DNA from: Pseudonocardiaceae bacterium
GTDB taxonomy: Bacteria; Actinomycetota; Actinomycetes; Mycobacteriales; Pseudonocardiaceae
Direction of reading: 5' to 3'
Length of the DNA: 61,475 nucleotides
Assembly: GCA_036521655.1 (NCBI GenBank)
Contig: DATDHI010000209.1
Location: 1-61,475, forward strand
Position numbers and translations under genes: made by a program. Each line of letters opens with the position of its first letter. Positions within the stretch are counted from its first letter, which is position 1. Below, piece after piece: positions 10,038-18,348 of this stretch. The notes below the pieces were generated by a model. The model saw only the letters and a list, made by a program, of their open reading frames with translations, was not told the DNA's origin and did no database searches.

Positions 10038-10799
10038 ATGCCCCGAGAGTTCGAGCTGCGCAAGGAGATCGCCCTCCCGGCGACTCCGGAGCAGGTATGG
10101 GAGGCGATCGCCACGGGCGCCGGGCTCGCCGCGTGGTTCATGCCGATGGAGGTCAATCCCGACCGTGCCGATGTGACCGTCTGGGAACCACCGCGCCACC
10201 TCGCCATCCGGACCCCCGAAGGCGAGGACGGCTCCACCGACGCGTTCGAGTACCTCATCGAGGGCCGCGACAAGGGCAGCACCGTCCTTCGCTTCGTGCA
10301 CAGCGGCGTCCTCGGCGACGATTGGCGCGACGAGTACGAGAGCATGGCCAGCGGCGGTTGGGACATGTACCTGCACACGCTCGCGCAGTACCTCCAGCAT
10401 TTCCCCGGGCAGGCCGCTACCTACGTCGAGGCCGACGCTCCGGCCTCCTCGGCTGCGGACGACGGTTGGGCGCAGCTGGCACCGGCGCTCGGCTTGAACG
10501 ACCCGTTGGCCACCGGGAACCGGGTATACCTCGAGCTCAGCGGGCTCGCGCCGATCGAGGGTGTCGTGGACTACGTTGCCCCGGGTTTCCTCGGCGTGCG
10601 TAGCGCCGATGCGCTGCTCCGGTTCCACCACCGAACCGCGATCGGAATGCCGATCGGGGTAAGCCACCACCTTTACTCCGCGAGCGCCGATCGCGCCGCT
10701 GTGGAGAAGGCCTGGCAGGGCTGGCTCGCGCAGCTGGCACCCGCGCCCGGCGGCGTCACTCCCCTGCCCGGGCAGGACCGGCGTCATCGGACGCGGTGA
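10038..10799 (+). CDS. SRPBCC (AHSA1/START-like) domain protein
   Basis: RBS GAGGAG before ATG 10038. MPREFELRKEIALPATPEQVWEAIATGAGLAAWF is a typical SRPBCC N-terminus. The 3' end overlaps the ankyrin remnant by about 44 nt. Confidence 0.65.
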   Translation: MPREFELRKEIALPATPEQVWEAIATGAGLAAWFMPMEVNPDRADVTVWEPPRHLAIRTPEGEDGSTDAFEYLIEGRDKGSTVLRFVHSGVLGDDWRDEYESMASGGWDMYLHTLAQYLQHFPGQAATYVEADAPASSAADDGWAQLAPALGLNDPLATGNRVYLELSGLAPIEGVVDYVAPGFLGVRSADALLRFHHRTAIGMPIGVSHHLYSASADRAAVEKAWQGWLAQLAPAPGGVTPLPGQDRRHRTR

Positions 10800-11347
10800 G
10801 GCGTTCCAGGATGGCTTCGACCTCCTCATGGGCCGGGCAGCCGCCGGCGTTCTCGTGCTGGTGACGGCACCATCCCAACGGCGTGCCGTGGTACGTCGTG
10901 TCACGTCGGGCGAGATCGTCCCCGCAGGACGGGAGGTGCTGCACGCTCGCCGCCTTCCGTAGCAGGCAGCCTCGTGGAGCGCGGTGGACCCGTCCTCGTC
11001 CACCCCGTCGACGGGGAGCCGGCCGCAAGAAGCTGGTCGATCACGGCAAGCCGTTCGTGACCGGCCGCGAGCCGCAGGGCGTACACCCGATCCGGCAAGG
11101 GCATCTCGGGAGTGAGCCACCTGGTGAGGTCTCCGACCGCGGCAGCCTCCGCCACGTCATGGATCGTGGCTCCGGCCGCGACGAGGACATCGAGGACATC
11201 GGTCATACCGAACACCGCGGCGTGCCGCAGGGCGGTCCCACCGCCCTCCACCGGTGCACCGGCTTCCAGCAGTGCCTGGGTCATGGTGCCGACGCTGGGC
11301 AAGTCCGCGGGCAGGCCGAGCCGCCGGATCGCCGCTCGACGATGCAC
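10756..11347 (-). pseudogene. ankyrin-repeat protein gene interrupted by two apparent 1-nt frameshifts
   Basis: The repeats are split over three minus-strand frames. GGTALRHAAVFGMTDVLDVLVAAGA..LRLAAGHERLAVIDQLLAAG is in ORF 10901..11392. LPVDGVDEDGSTALHEAACYG is in the frame of 10017..11120. AASVQHLPSCGDDLARRDTTYHGTPLGWC is in ORF 10756..11028. The shifts fall near 11015-11025 and 10950-10962. A possible GTG start at 11347 lies 3 nt after the flavoprotein stop. Confidence 0.6.
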
Positions 11348-11349
11348 AG

Positions 11350-11907
11350 CTACGTCCGATCGATCTCCACGGCCGCCAATACGACCTGCCACGGGTACCG
11401 TGCTAGATACTTCGAGCCCTGGTGCGGCACGTGTGGTTCGTAGCCTTCCGATCCGAGCAAGACCTTCACGCCCACGTCGCGCAGTTGCTTAACACTGCGA
11501 CCGAAGGCCGGATGGGCCGCCTGAGCTGCATTGAGAAACGGCAAAGCCGCAAGGGGCAGACCAAGGCCGATGCCCTCAGTCAGCAGACCCAGGGCCAGCG
11601 TGTCGGAGATCCCAGCCGCCCACTTGTTGATGGTGTTGAAGCTAGCGCCGCCTACTACGATGGCGTCAGTTGGCGGCAACACGTCCGGCGAGCCTGGCTG
11701 CTTGTACTCCGACCGCACAGGATAGCCGGTTTGGTCTTCAAGGGCAGGCAAGTCAATGAAGCGTAGCGCCGATGGCGTGGCGATCACGAACGGTCGCCAC
11801 CCTGATGCTTGAGCCAAGGTAACCAGTTTGCCGATGTCGCGCGCCGCAGGTGTCGCACAGGTTACGATATAGAGCACCCGCTGCGGCGGTCCTTGTTGAT
11901 TGTTCAC
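11350..11907 (-). CDS. flavoprotein (HFCD / CoaC-EpiD-like FMN-binding fold)
   Basis: GTG 11907 overlaps the upstream stop (GTGA). 185 aa with RVLYIVTCATPAARDIGKLV and GGASFNTINKWAAGISDTL, which resembles the PASANT-type motif. Confidence 0.7.
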   Translation of the reverse strand: MNNQQGPPQRVLYIVTCATPAARDIGKLVTLAQASGWRPFVIATPSALRFIDLPALEDQTGYPVRSEYKQPGSPDVLPPTDAIVVGGASFNTINKWAAGISDTLALGLLTEGIGLGLPLAALPFLNAAQAAHPAFGRSVKQLRDVGVKVLLGSEGYEPHVPHQGSKYLARYPWQVVLAAVEIDRT

Positions 11908-13160
11908 ACCGCTACCCCAACCGCTCGCGCCAACCTCATGACGGCGACAATCGGGGTTAAACCACGCGGGTAACTTCGCACGAGATCGGTAATGATCTGC
12001 TTGGTTAGGTTGCGGCAGCGCACCTCGTCCGGAGCAAGTTGGTCAGCCTCAAGGAGGGTGGCGGCGGCCCGGTCGCGCTGTCCGGCCTGGAGATGCCCGC
12101 GTGTTACATCGAGCAAGTGGCTGGCTCGTCGTTCACGGGGTAGGTGCATGAGACCCCTGTGAGGAATGTCAGCAGCGGCCTCGATGACCCGGCCGCCGCC
12201 CTGCATATCCGCTAGCGCCGACACCCGGTGCACCAAGACGTTGGTGGTCCCGAACGCGGACCAATGCTCGTTGCGGTCAGTTTCCAGACGGGCAGCCACA
12301 ACTAGCGCTTCATTTTGGAGGTCACGGACGTCGGCGGCTTGGTCGAGCCGGGCAGCAGCGATGCTGCCCTTGAGGAGCAGCATGCCGTAGGCCGAGGCAA
12401 ACGCCGACCCGGCGCTGCGCAAGTGTGGTTCAAGTCGGCCTGCGGCTGACTTGACCAACTGTACCGCATCGTCACTTTGATGGGTGGCACTCAGAGCGTG
12501 CGCGACCCGCCGTGCGGCGGAGCCGATGAGCGTCAGGTCACCCGTCAGTTCGGCGATCTGGATACTGCGATCAGCTGCTACCCAGCCAAGTTGAGCATCG
12601 CCGAGCTTAAAAGCTGTTGCAGCCGTCAACTGATACGTCCAGGCCAGCCAGGTTTGCGCCTGCCGCCGATCGTCATTCTCTAGCTGCCAGACCGCCGCCT
12701 GGGCGTCGTGAATGAGATCGACCAGTAGTTGCCCGATGATCTGGTAATTGGATGCCTGGAACGCCGTCCAACCGAAACGTACTGAGCGCTCCAGCCTAGC
12801 TATGTCCGGTTCTGACAGTACATCGCTGTTGGACCGGAAGACATTAGTAATGGCATCGTAGCGACGCAAAGCATGCCGGATGGCATCGATCTCCCGATCA
12901 TCGGGACAGGCACGCTGGCGTTCGGCTTCCTCAGGATCAACGAGCACGGCAAGCGGAATATCCAGCACACTGGCAATCTGACGGAGCACCGACAGACGGT
13001 CGAGCTGCCGATCTCCTCCCCGGATCTTGTCCACCCAGCTCAGTGACTTGCCCATGCGGTCGGCGAAAATCTTGCGAGTCAGGCCACGCCGCTGCATCCA
13101 GTACAGCACCACGGTAGCCGTCTCCTGCCGCTGCGTATGGTCAGGGTCGGTCATACCCAA
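11904..13160 (-). CDS. XRE-family HTH regulator with long helical-repeat (TPR-like) C-terminal domain
   Basis: 418 aa. HTH RRGLTRKIFADRMGKSLSWVDKIRGGDRQL, followed by about 330 aa of helical repeats. Lower G+C than its surroundings. Confidence 0.75.
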   Translation of the reverse strand: MGMTDPDHTQRQETATVVLYWMQRRGLTRKIFADRMGKSLSWVDKIRGGDRQLDRLSVLRQIASVLDIPLAVLVDPEEAERQRACPDDREIDAIRHALRRYDAITNVFRSNSDVLSEPDIARLERSVRFGWTAFQASNYQIIGQLLVDLIHDAQAAVWQLENDDRRQAQTWLAWTYQLTAATAFKLGDAQLGWVAADRSIQIAELTGDLTLIGSAARRVAHALSATHQSDDAVQLVKSAAGRLEPHLRSAGSAFASAYGMLLLKGSIAAARLDQAADVRDLQNEALVVAARLETDRNEHWSAFGTTNVLVHRVSALADMQGGGRVIEAAADIPHRGLMHLPRERRASHLLDVTRGHLQAGQRDRAAATLLEADQLAPDEVRCRNLTKQIITDLVRSYPRGLTPIVAVMRLARAVGVAV

Positions 13161-13590
13161 CGCCTCTCGCCGTGTCGGTTCGCCTACCTAGCCTAACTGG
13201 ACCGCAAGCATCCACCCGGCACAACGCTAGACAGTTTGTACAGCCTCGATGCCTGCCCGGCCCGTAGGTTGCCCCACGGCCCCAGGGCCGGGTTGAGTGC
13301 TCCAGCTGGTGCGGCGTCCATCACCCCAGGACGTGTCCCCGGTTGCGCCAGTCCGACGTACCCCGGTCCTGGGTGCCATCCGGCTGGAACGACTCATAGA
13401 TGGGCTAAAGAACAAGTGCAGCACGAGGGCGACCGTGCAGGTCAGAACACCGACGACCAACATCACGGTGACGGCCCGGACCAACAGCAGCACAGCATCT
13501 GGCGCAATATCCGGCCGGGTACAGCCATGCCGCCCGGGGTGCTGGTGGCTGTGCTGATCCCACGCTGAGCAATGGTCAGGAGGAGGCCCT

Positions 13591-13848
13591 GTGATCCGGG
13601 AAGACCGGGAACTACTCCCTGAGCTAGCCCGGCTCAACGCGGACATAGCACCACTCGCCATGGGCATCATGGACGGAAGCGCCGGCGCAGCCGAACAAGC
13701 GCACTATGCCCGGCGCCTGATTGCTGCCGGCGAGCGGTTGCAGCACCGAGCCGATGAGACGGCTACAACGGCCATAGAAGGAGAGGCCCTTGCCAACGGA
13801 CCGCTTGCGCTTCCATCCTATACCGTAGAGCCTCATCGGGAGCCGTGA
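13591..13848 (+). CDS. hypothetical protein
   Basis: GTG 13591 preceded by the strong RBS AGGAGGAGG. 85 aa, helical, with no recognisable domain. Its stop overlaps the next start (GTGA). Confidence 0.5.
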   Translation: MIREDRELLPELARLNADIAPLAMGIMDGSAGAAEQAHYARRLIAAGERLQHRADETATTAIEGEALANGPLALPSYTVEPHREP

Positions 13849-14153
13849 GCGCCGTTTGGGAGACACGGTACCGACTGCTTTTAGAGCACCTTGAAGAGCT
13901 GGTCGACCAGCTCCGAAGCGAAGAGCAAATAGCGCCAGAGGCGCTCGAAGAGCAGGTGGTCCGTTTGCTTGCGGGCGTGGCCATGCTGCACAGACAGCAC
14001 CGCGTGAACAAACGGGGTCAGTGCCAATACTGCGGGTGGACGAGGTGGACATGGCGGCTCTGGCGTAGACGGCCGCAGTGCACGGTGTATCTCAGCCTCG
14101 ACTTCGTTATGAAGCAGCCCTTGAAGGTCGTGTCACGACAGTTGCTTGAGTGA
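13845..14153 (+). CDS. small Cys-motif protein (CxxC...C), paralogue of 59899..60222
   Basis: 102 aa, translationally coupled to 13591..13848. LLAGVAMLHRQHRVNKRGQCQYCGW..RRRPQCTVY aligns by eye with VIRGVLIEHEAEPGGECRTCLSAWPCPVV of the other copy. Confidence 0.5.
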   Translation: MSAVWETRYRLLLEHLEELVDQLRSEEQIAPEALEEQVVRLLAGVAMLHRQHRVNKRGQCQYCGWTRWTWRLWRRRPQCTVYLSLDFVMKQPLKVVSRQLLE

Positions 14154-14515
14154 GTGCGAAACCGCGCTACGTTCACACTGGGCTCGTTTGTGCGGGCGTT
14201 CACCTTCGGGCACGTGCGCCAACTGGTGCAGCCACGCGCCGGTTTGGGGTGGCACTGGCCGCCGCGCTGCCGCACCGTGCCGAGGCGATGACCACCAGCA
14301 AGACCAGTACTAACCTCGGACGAAGATCCTGCTTCCGTCCAAGGCTCGGCACGTTGCTGTTGGGATTCAGCCTCGACTTTCGCGAACACCGCCGCAAGGA
14401 TCGTGTCGATATCGATGGAGGGTGACACTCGATCAGCGGCGGCATTCGATAGCGCAAAAATCCGGTCGAGAGTAGGATCGACAACTATCCCCTCGTCTGA
14501 CTTTTGTGCATTCAT
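14018..14515 (-). CDS. possible anti-sigma factor remnant
   Basis: ATG 14515 has RBS AGGAG and an ATGA overlap with the sigma C-terminal fragment. The only TM-like stretch (LVLVLLVVIASA) lies in another frame (ORF 14200..14484), so this gene is probably frameshifted too. Its 3' end overlaps 13845..14153. Confidence 0.3.
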   Translation of the reverse strand: MNAQKSDEGIVVDPTLDRIFALSNAAADRVSPSIDIDTILAAVFAKVEAESQQQRAEPWTEAGSSSEVSTGLAGGHRLGTVRQRGGQCHPKPARGCTSWRTCPKVNARTNEPSVNVARFRTHSSNCRDTTFKGCFITKSRLRYTVHCGRLRQSRHVHLVHPQYWH

Positions 14516-15295
14516 AGCAGGCTCCTGACGGTCAGAGACGGCAACTGTTCGCGAGCATTGGTTTTTTCATGCCACCCCACCCCCTTCGCTAAGCTCGACG
14601 CTCGGGTGAGCGTTCTCAAACTCTCTTATCAACTCTGGCGAAAGGAGAGTCCGCAACCTTCTCATCGCCTTACTCATCCCGTCGTTACTGCTGACTTTTC
14701 AATACCTAATTGCCGCGCCACTTGCTTAACAGATAGTTCACCGAGTTTCCGGAGCTCGACAATCTGACGTTGCCCTGGAGGGAGCCCTCTGATAGCGGCG
14801 TACAGCTCTTGTCGGGCCGCTTCCGCGATGACCAACAGCTCAGGGTTCAGCTGATCAGTCAGTGATCTGTTAGACTCAGGGTCGTCCAGATAGGCGGCGT
14901 GATGCTTGCGTACCGTGTCACAGCGACGCCCGGCGTTCAGCGCTAGGTTCTGGATGGAAACGCACATAAATCCGCGCCGATGCTCATCGGGCTCCAAGAT
15001 CAATTTTTTCGGCCAATTTTTTTACGAGTACCTCGACAGCGTCGGAAAGGATGTCGTCCACAAGGTGCGGGACGCGGTTAACTGCGCAGTATCGGGTGGC
15101 TTGCCGGGTCTGGTTGAGGATGGCCGTGTAAGTCTTCCGGCGGTCGTAGCCGATGATGAGCACCTTGGCAGCGACGAGGCTGAGTCCGATGGCGATGGCG
15201 AGCAACGCGCCCCACCCATTGGGGGGCGCCATGCCTGTGACCGCTGCGAAGGTGTGGGAGAGCACGAACACCACGATGTCGGCGACAACGTCCAA
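14512..15295 (-). pseudogene. ECF-type sigma factor gene split over three frames
   Basis: Region 2, HLVDDILSDAVEVLVKKLAEK, is in ORF 14984..15295. GFMCVSIQNLALNAGRR..RGLPPGQRQIVELRKLGELSVKQVARQLGIEKSAVTT is in ORF 14674..15003. MSKAMRRLRTLL is in a third frame that ends at TGA 14512. The shift sites fall at the T6/T7 runs (15004-15023) and at CCC (14678-14680). TTG 15295 has RBS AGGAGGAGG 7 nt upstream. Confidence 0.6.
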
Positions 15296-15427
15296 CGCTC
15301 GACCTCCTCCTGCCCTCGCCGGTCACGCTCCTCACTGTGTACATGTGTGAAGCCCCCGGGTTGGTCACCCACAGCATCGACAGCTTTGAATGGTTCTCAC
15401 GCCGGGATCCGGGGCACGATCGAGGGT

Positions 15428-17176
15428 TCACTGGGCGCGGAGGTAAGCGATTCGTTCTTCGAGCTGCTCGGCGGTGGCCATTGCGGTTGGGGGGCCGCCG
15501 CAGGCGGTGCGGACCTCGGCGTGGATCGCGCCGTGCGAGTGGCCGGTGCGGTGGTGCGCCATCGCGACCAGGGTGTTGAGCTCCCGGCGCAGCCCAGCGA
15601 GACGCTCCCGCACGGTCGGTGGCCGGGCCGCAGCAGGGGCTGGGGGAGCCACCGAGACTGCGGCATGCCGGGCCGAGGCACGGTCGAGCTGCTGTTCCTG
15701 GCGCCGCCGCAGCAGCGCCCGCATCTGGTCGGGCGCAAGCAATCCGGGCAGCCCGAGATAGTCCTGCTCGTCCTCGGTGGTGGCGAAGGCAGCCGTGCCG
15801 AACGAGGAGCCGTCGTAGATCACCTGGTCCAGTTCGGCGTCGGCTCCCAGCGCGGTGAACGCGGGCTCCTGATCGCCGGGCTCGTCGCGTTGCGCGTTGG
15901 CCTGCGCGAGCAGCTCGTCGTCCCAGCCCTCCTCGGCCCGGTGAGGTGCGCCGAGCACGTGATCGCGCTGCTTTTCGAGCTCGCTGGCCAACCCCAGCAG
16001 CACCGGCACGCTGGGGAGGAACACAGTCGCGGTCTCGCCTGGCCGCCTGGCCCGGACGAAGCGGCCCACGGCCTGGGCGAAGTACAGCGGGGTGGCCGCC
16101 GATGTGGCGTAGACCCCGACCGCCAGCCGGGGGACGTCGACGCCCTCAGACACCATCCGGACCGCCACCAGCCAGCGCTCGTCGGAGTCGGCGAACGCGG
16201 CGATCCGCCGGGAGGCGGCCGGGTCGTCAGACAGCACCAGCACCGGTTCGCGCCCGGTGATGCCGGCCAGGATCGCCGCGTAAGCCCGGGCGGCGGCGTG
16301 GTCGGTGGCGATCACCAAGCCGGCCGCGTCAGGCAGGCCGCCGACCCGGAGCTGGGCGAGTCTGGTGTCGGCGGCGGCGAGCACAACGGGCACCCACTCC
16401 CCCGCTGGATCGAGCGCCGTGCGCCAGGCCCGGGCGGTGTGCTCGGCGGTGAGCGGCTCCCCCAGCCGCGCCGAGAACTCCTCCCCGGCGCTGGTCCGCC
16501 AGCGAGCCTCCCCGGAGTAGGCGAGGAACACCACCGGCCGCACCACGCCATCGGCCAGCGCCTCGGAGTAGCCGTAGGAGTGGTCAGCGGCGGAACGCAA
16601 GGCACCGGCGGCGTCCGGTTCGTAGCTGATGAACGGGATCGGCGTGTCATCGCTGCGAAACGGGGTACCGGTCAAAGCCAGCCTGCGCGCCGCCGGGGTG
16701 AACGCCTCCCGAACCCCGTCCCCCCAGCTCTTGGCGTCCCCGGCGTGGTGGATCTCGTCCAGCACCACCAGCGTGCGGCGCCCCTCGGTGCGCACCCGGT
16801 GCAGGGCCGGGTGGGCCGCGACCTGCGCGTAGGTGACCACCACGCCGTGGTAGTCGCGGGAGGTGGCCCCCACGGTGTTGCTGAACTCCGGGTCCAGCGC
16901 CAGATCCACCTCGGCGGCGGCGACCGCCCACTGGTGCTTAAGGTGCTCGGTGGGGGTGACCACCGTCACCGCGTGCACGGTCCGGTGGGCCAGCAGCTCC
17001 GCTGCCACCCGCAACGCGAACGCCGTCTTGCCCGCCCCCGGCGTGGCCACCGTGAGGAAATCCTGCGGCCCTGTGGCCAGGTAGCGCCCCAGCGCCCGGC
17101 GCTGCCAGGCGCGCAGCGGCCTACGTGCGGGAGCGGCGTCGGGGGCGGTCGCTGCAGGGTGGGACACGGCGGGCAC
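15428..17176 (-). CDS. SF2 DEAD/DEAH-box helicase (Res/SSL2-like)
   Basis: 582 aa with Walker A ATPGAGKT, DEAH-like VVLDEIHHAG, LALTGTPFRSD and VRMVSEGVDVPRL. Confidence 0.85.
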   Translation of the reverse strand: MPAVSHPAATAPDAAPARRPLRAWQRRALGRYLATGPQDFLTVATPGAGKTAFALRVAAELLAHRTVHAVTVVTPTEHLKHQWAVAAAEVDLALDPEFSNTVGATSRDYHGVVVTYAQVAAHPALHRVRTEGRRTLVVLDEIHHAGDAKSWGDGVREAFTPAARRLALTGTPFRSDDTPIPFISYEPDAAGALRSAADHSYGYSEALADGVVRPVVFLAYSGEARWRTSAGEEFSARLGEPLTAEHTARAWRTALDPAGEWVPVVLAAADTRLAQLRVGGLPDAAGLVIATDHAAARAYAAILAGITGREPVLVLSDDPAASRRIAAFADSDERWLVAVRMVSEGVDVPRLAVGVYATSAATPLYFAQAVGRFVRARRPGETATVFLPSVPVLLGLASELEKQRDHVLGAPHRAEEGWDDELLAQANAQRDEPGDQEPAFTALGADAELDQVIYDGSSFGTAAFATTEDEQDYLGLPGLLAPDQMRALLRRRQEQQLDRASARHAAVSVAPPAPAAARPPTVRERLAGLRRELNTLVAMAHHRTGHSHGAIHAEVRTACGGPPTAMATAEQLEERIAYLRAQ

Positions 17177-17239
17177 GGTACCTGCCCCGGCGGGTCCTGC
17201 TGCGCACGATCCGGCCTATGGACCATCCTGGGAGGCGAC

Positions 17240-18331
17240 ATGGATTCCGACTCCGACGCCTGCGCGGGCCCCGAGTTCGCCGTGGCCGAGCCCGCCCGCG
17301 CTGCCGAGCCTGCCAGCGACGGGCCTGCCGCTGGCGAGCGAACCCGGCGCGCCCCGATCCACCTGATCTCGCGGACCGCCAGCAGGGCCTGGGACGACAG
17401 CTTCGTCTCGATGTCCGCCCAGACGGCGTTCTGGATGACCCTGTCGCTGCCGCCCCTGCTGCTGGGGTTGCTGGGTAGCCTCGGATTCGTCGCGAGCTGG
17501 TTCGGCCCTGACACGGTCGCGGCGGCGCAGCACGAGATCCTGAACTTCAGCGCCACGGTGTTCAGCGCCGACGTCGTCAACCAGATCATCCGGCCGACGG
17601 TGACCGACATCCTCACTCGGGGGCACAGCTCGATCGTCTCGGTCGGGTTTGTGATCTCACTGTGGGCGGGCTCCTCAGCACTGGCCTCCCTGGTGGATTC
17701 AATTACGGCCGCCTACCGGCAGCACACCGTGCGCAACCCGGTGTGGCAGCGGCTGTTCGCTCTGCTGCTCTACGTGGTGGCGCTGATCGGGTCGGTGCTC
17801 GTGCTGCCGGTGACGGCGCTGGGCCCGGACCTGATCCCCGAGGTGTTCCCCGGGTCGGTCCGCTCCACGGTGGCCCAGCTGGTCAGCGTGTTCTACTACC
17901 CCGGGCTCGGCGTCCTGCTGATGGTCGGCCTGGCCACCCTGTACAAGGTTGCGCTACCCAAGAAGCTCCCATGGCACCGCGGGCTGCCCGGGGCTGTGCT
18001 GGCGATGGTGGTATTCCTGGTGACCAGCACCGGGCTGCGGCTCTACATCTCCTGGGTGACCAGCACCGGGTACAGCTACGGCGCGTTGGCAACCCCGATC
18101 GCCTACCTGCTGTTCTCGTTCTTCATCGCGATGGCGATCGTGCTGGGTGCGGAGTTCAACAGCGCGATCGAGGAAATCTGGCCGGCCCGGGCGACCCGCC
18201 GGGACCGCCGGCGCAGGCAGACGGAGAGCTTCGCAACTCGGGTTCGTGCGGACGCGACCGGCCTCGCACTGCCCCGTAACGGGGGCCGCCCTTCGGTGAA
18301 CCGTTCGGATCGCGCAGGCGAATCACGCTAG
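17240..18331 (+). CDS. YihY/BrkB-family membrane protein (Rv2707-like)
   Basis: Only the last ~363 codons of track ORF 14906..18331. ATG 17240 has RBS GGGAGG. Multi-TM: FWMTLSLPPLLLGLLGSLGF, IVSVGFVISLWAGSSA, LLFSFFIAMAIVLGAEFN. Confidence 0.8.
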   Translation: MDSDSDACAGPEFAVAEPARAAEPASDGPAAGERTRRAPIHLISRTASRAWDDSFVSMSAQTAFWMTLSLPPLLLGLLGSLGFVASWFGPDTVAAAQHEILNFSATVFSADVVNQIIRPTVTDILTRGHSSIVSVGFVISLWAGSSALASLVDSITAAYRQHTVRNPVWQRLFALLLYVVALIGSVLVLPVTALGPDLIPEVFPGSVRSTVAQLVSVFYYPGLGVLLMVGLATLYKVALPKKLPWHRGLPGAVLAMVVFLVTSTGLRLYISWVTSTGYSYGALATPIAYLLFSFFIAMAIVLGAEFNSAIEEIWPARATRRDRRRRQTESFATRVRADATGLALPRNGGRPSVNRSDRAGESR

Positions 18332-18348
18332 CGGGGTGTGCGTGCCCG

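Noticed and set aside
8621-10378. 585-aa version of the aminotransferase ORF
   Set aside because: The N-terminal 180 aa are low-complexity and overlap the divergent SRPBCC gene. The family-typical N-terminus begins at ATG 9838.
12001-12022. IdeR-box-like TTAGGTT sequence
   Set aside because: Only the first half-site resembles the iron-box consensus, there is no dyad partner, and it lies inside the XRE-TPR coding sequence.
13463-13528. 21-aa minus-strand ORF MAVPGRILRQMLCCCWSGPSP as a RiPP precursor for the nearby HFCD flavoprotein
   Set aside because: It has no convincing RBS and does not end in Cys. It is separated from the flavoprotein by the regulator gene, and an ORF of this size is expected by chance.
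13227-13670. 147-aa minus-strand ORF with one hydrophobic stretch in the XRE/small-ORF spacer
   Set aside because: It overlaps the RBS-supported 13591 gene start, has no RBS of its own and has a low-complexity composition. There is not enough support to call it a gene.
11350-15427. Integrative mobile element or prophage remnant
   Set aside because: Despite the lower G+C, I found no integrase, transposase, tRNA target or flanking direct repeats. I report it only as an atypical-composition patch.
14906-18331. 1141-aa plus-strand ORF, the longest in the track
   Set aside because: Its first ~780 codons are antisense to the well-supported helicase gene (15428..17176) and to the sigma remnant. 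They have a low-complexity Gly/Arg/Pro composition typical of shadow frames in high-GC DNA. Only the last ~363 codons (YihY, from ATG 17240 with an RBS) look real.
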